From NCBI GenBank assembly GCA_016218805.1, contig JACRCW010000128.1:1-64000 (forward strand): a stretch of 64,000 nucleotides of DNA. Direction: 5' to 3'. The stretch is from Deltaproteobacteria bacterium (GTDB taxonomy: Bacteria > Myxococcota > JACRCW01). The notes below the pieces were generated by a model. It did no database searches, was not told the origin of the DNA, and saw only the letters and a list, made by a program, of their open reading frames with translations. Both the position numbers and the translations under genes were made by a program. Of this stretch, positions 61,572 through 64,000 are shown piece by piece (positions within the stretch are counted from its first letter, which is position 1; each line of letters starts with the position of its first letter).

Positions 61572-63320
61572 CTACTCCAGGTCCACTTTGATCTTGGTGA
61601 CCTCACCGGCCTTGACGGTGATGTTGACCGTCTTCTGCAGGCCCTTGGCGTCGTTGACCAGCGTGAGGACGTGGTTGCCGGCGGCCAGTTCAGCCTGGAA
61701 GACGGGCGTGGTGCCAATGATGTTCCCGTCCACCGAGGCGGTGGCCCACGGCTTGGAACTCACCGTCAGGTGGCCGGTGCGCGGCGCGGCCGCGGGCGCG
61801 GGTGCGGGCGCGGGAGCCGGCGCTGCGGGGGCGGGCGCGGGCCGGGTTGCGGCCGGGGCGGGCCGGGGAGGGCGCTGACCGCGGGGTGGTGGCCGGCCGG
61901 GGTCCGCCGGCGTGGGCGCCGGGTCCGCCGGGTCCGGGGCCGGTGGAGCGGCCGGGACGGGCGCCACGGGTGCTGGCGCCGCGGGAGCGGGAGCGGCGGG
62001 ATCGGGCGCCGGGGCCACGGGGGCCGGAGCGGGTGTCAACTCAGGGGCGGGCATGGAGCGCGGCGGGCGCGTGGCCACCAGCGCAATGCCCGCGCCGCCG
62101 GCGGCCAGCGCAAGCCCGGCAGCAAGCGGGAGGAGCTTCTGGAGCAGGGACTTGGGGGGCGCCGCGGTGATGGCGCTGGCGGTCATCACGTGGCCGCCGG
62201 TGACCTGCGGCGGCGCGGTCAAGGCGCCGTGCGGGCCGCTCACCAGCGACGCGTGCACCGGCCCGACAATGGCGCCCTGGCTGATTTCCTGGGTGGCCGC
62301 CCCCGGGGCGGGGCGTTCGGCCGTGCCGGCCTGGGTGTTACCGGGCGTGGGGTAGGCGCGGATGGGCACGGTGCCGGCGGTGCTGGTGGTGCGCCGCGCG
62401 CGGACCTGCTCGCCCACCAGTTCCTCCACGTAGCGGTCAATGGGGATGGTCTGGCCTTGGGGCGCCAGCTTGTAGACCTCGTCCAGCGCATCGGCCATTT
62501 CGTTCCCGGTCTGGAAGCGCTCCAGCGGGTCTTCGCGCAGGCACTGCATGACCACGGCTTCCAACGCCGCCGGATAGTCCGGGAGGATGGTGCGCGGGTG
62601 CGGGGGCGGCGTGGGGCTGACGCGCTGGGCAATGATCTCCATGTCCGTGGCGCCCTTGAACAGGCGCCGCCCGCAGGTGGCCTCCCACAGCACCACGCCC
62701 AGGGAATAGATGTCCGTCCGCCCGTCCACAAACTGCCCCTTGAGCTGCTCGGGGGCCATGTACGCCAGCTTGCCCTTCACCACGCCGGTGGCGGTCCGGT
62801 GCTGGCTCCCCTCCACCTTGGCAATGCCAAAGTCCACCACCTTGGTGACGCCATCCCGGCGCACCATGACGTTCTGCGGGCTGATGTCCCGGTGCACCAG
62901 GTTGATGGGCACGCCGCGCGTGTCCACCTGCGTGTGGGCGTGGTGCAGCGCACGCGCCGCCGCGGCCACAATGGGCACAAACGGCCACAGCATGTGGCGT
63001 TCACGCTTGATGGCGGCGGCCAGGATGCGGGCCAGCGTCTCGCCGTCCACGTACTCCATGGCGATGTAGTAGGTCCCCTGTTCCTGCCCCACCTCCCAGA
63101 TCTGCACGATGTTGGGGTGGTTGAGGAGCGCGGCCACGCGCGCCTCGGTGAGGAACATGTTGACGCGGTCCTCGTCTTCGTCCGTGTCCGTCAGCAGCGT
63201 CTTGATGATGGCCAGCCGCTCAAACCCGTGCAGGCCCACCTGGCGCGCCAGGAAGATTTCGCCCATGCCACCCACGGCAAGGCGGTTGATCGTCTCGTAG
63301 GACCCGTAGCGCGGCAGCAT
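61572..63320 (-). CDS. Membrane-anchored Ser/Thr protein kinase with C-terminal PEGA-like domain
   Basis: GGMGEI, HRDISPQN, DFGIAK, YMAPEQ, DIYSLG; TM segment; Pro/Ala linker; SKPWA...IGTTP. Confidence 0.95.
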   Translation of the reverse strand: MLPRYGSYETINRLAVGGMGEIFLARQVGLHGFERLAIIKTLLTDTDEDEDRVNMFLTEARVAALLNHPNIVQIWEVGQEQGTYYIAMEYVDGETLARILAAAIKRERHMLWPFVPIVAAAARALHHAHTQVDTRGVPINLVHRDISPQNVMVRRDGVTKVVDFGIAKVEGSQHRTATGVVKGKLAYMAPEQLKGQFVDGRTDIYSLGVVLWEATCGRRLFKGATDMEIIAQRVSPTPPPHPRTILPDYPAALEAVVMQCLREDPLERFQTGNEMADALDEVYKLAPQGQTIPIDRYVEELVGEQVRARRTTSTAGTVPIRAYPTPGNTQAGTAERPAPGAATQEISQGAIVGPVHASLVSGPHGALTAPPQVTGGHVMTASAITAAPPKSLLQKLLPLAAGLALAAGGAGIALVATRPPRSMPAPELTPAPAPVAPAPDPAAPAPAAPAPVAPVPAAPPAPDPADPAPTPADPGRPPPRGQRPPRPAPAATRPAPAPAAPAPAPAPAPAAAPRTGHLTVSSKPWATASVDGNIIGTTPVFQAELAAGNHVLTLVNDAKGLQKTVNITVKAGEVTKIKVDLE

Positions 63321-63415
63321 CCAGCCGGATCGAATGCCACACGCGCGCGCTCCCTACAACAATCCCCCGTCGGGCCGTTGACGCTGCGCGCCCCGGACGG
63401 CCATGTTTGCGCACC

Positions 63416-64000
63416 ATGGGAACGCGGCAGCGGTACGCGTGCTGGGCCGCCGGCGGGCTTCTGCTGGGTTGCGCATGGATTGCCGACGCGTCGGCCGCAC
63501 CGCGCAAGCCGCCCGCCAAGGCCCCGCCACCGCCCGTGGCCGCACCCGCCCCGGAGCCCGCCCCGCCACCCGCGCCGGATCCCGCGCCCGCCCCGGCGCG
63601 CGCGCCGGTGAGCACGGAGGGTGTGCCCACCGCGCAGCTGCTGGCGCAGGCGCAGCAGGCATGTGAGGCGGACGAATACGACGTGTGCGCCGAGCGCGCG
63701 GCCGCGGTGCTGGCGCGCGGGGACGTGACGGACGAGCAGCGCGCGCAGGCGTTCATGCTGCAGGGCGGTGCGGCCAGCGTGCTGGGCCGGGGGGCGGATG
63801 CGGAGCGCGCCTACCGGCTGCTGCTGCGTATCAAGCCGGATTATGACCTCCCGCCGGACACGCCGCCCAAGATGGCGGGCAACTTCCGCAAGGTGCAGGC
63901 GGAGGAGGGCGAGATCCGGCGCGCGGTGAAGGAGGCGCAGCGGCAGAAGCTGGTGAAGGCCATCAAGCTGGTGGTGGATGCGCCCAAGGACCACAAGGGC
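63416..64000 (+). CDS. Secreted TPR-like protein (3' end outside the window; absent from the ORF track)
   Basis: Hand translation from ATG 63416: MGTRQRYACWAAGGLLLGCAW..., Pro-rich linker, then LLAQAQQACEADEY...AERAYRLLLRIKPDYDLPPDTPPK; open to the window edge. Confidence 0.75.
   Translation, partial: MGTRQRYACWAAGGLLLGCAWIADASAAPRKPPAKAPPPPVAAPAPEPAPPPAPDPAPAPARAPVSTEGVPTAQLLAQAQQACEADEYDVCAERAAAVLARGDVTDEQRAQAFMLQGGAASVLGRGADAERAYRLLLRIKPDYDLPPDTPPKMAGNFRKVQAEEGEIRRAVKEAQRQKLVKAIKLVVDAPKDHKG

Noticed and set aside
48861..63611. Long ORFs 48861..51593(-), 57328..59634(-), 59653..61542(-), 61269..63611(+)
   Set aside because: Antisense to the well-supported BamA-like, NHL-repeat and kinase genes; no recognisable domains

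Overview
High-GC bacterial DNA that looks like Myxococcota (FrzS orthologue, MYXO-CTERM-like protein, CPBP/myxosortase-like protease, Cys-rich lipoproteins, Ser/Thr kinase). Core genes are the infB-DUF503-rbfA-DHH-truB operon, rpsB-tsf with its 5' leader, frzS, pyrG, fdhD, comEC, a GMC oxidoreductase and a BamA/TamA-family protein. Between truB and rpsB lies an ~18 kb accessory region rich in defence-like genes. It holds two tandem paralogous ~850-aa GHKL-type ATPases (one with an HEXXH motif, both with a degenerate thioredoxin-like module), a restriction endonuclease + TOPRIM-like pair, an excisionase-type HTH fused to a secreted Cys-tipped domain, a Lon + HEAT-repeat pair, a 3 x 127-bp repeat, a Septu-like ATPase + HNH, an ABC ATPase + DUF4276-like pair, and Uma2. 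A second small accessory patch (44.8-47.9 kb) has a PHAX-like RNA-binding protein, a 22-bp tandem array and another ATPase + PD-(D/E)xK nuclease pair. The only two frameshifts I found both hit nuclease partners of ATPases. Core genes appear to avoid TCGA while two cassettes do not. I found no rRNA, tRNA, CRISPR array, integrase or reverse transcriptase. All family calls come from recognising motifs by eye; no searches were run.
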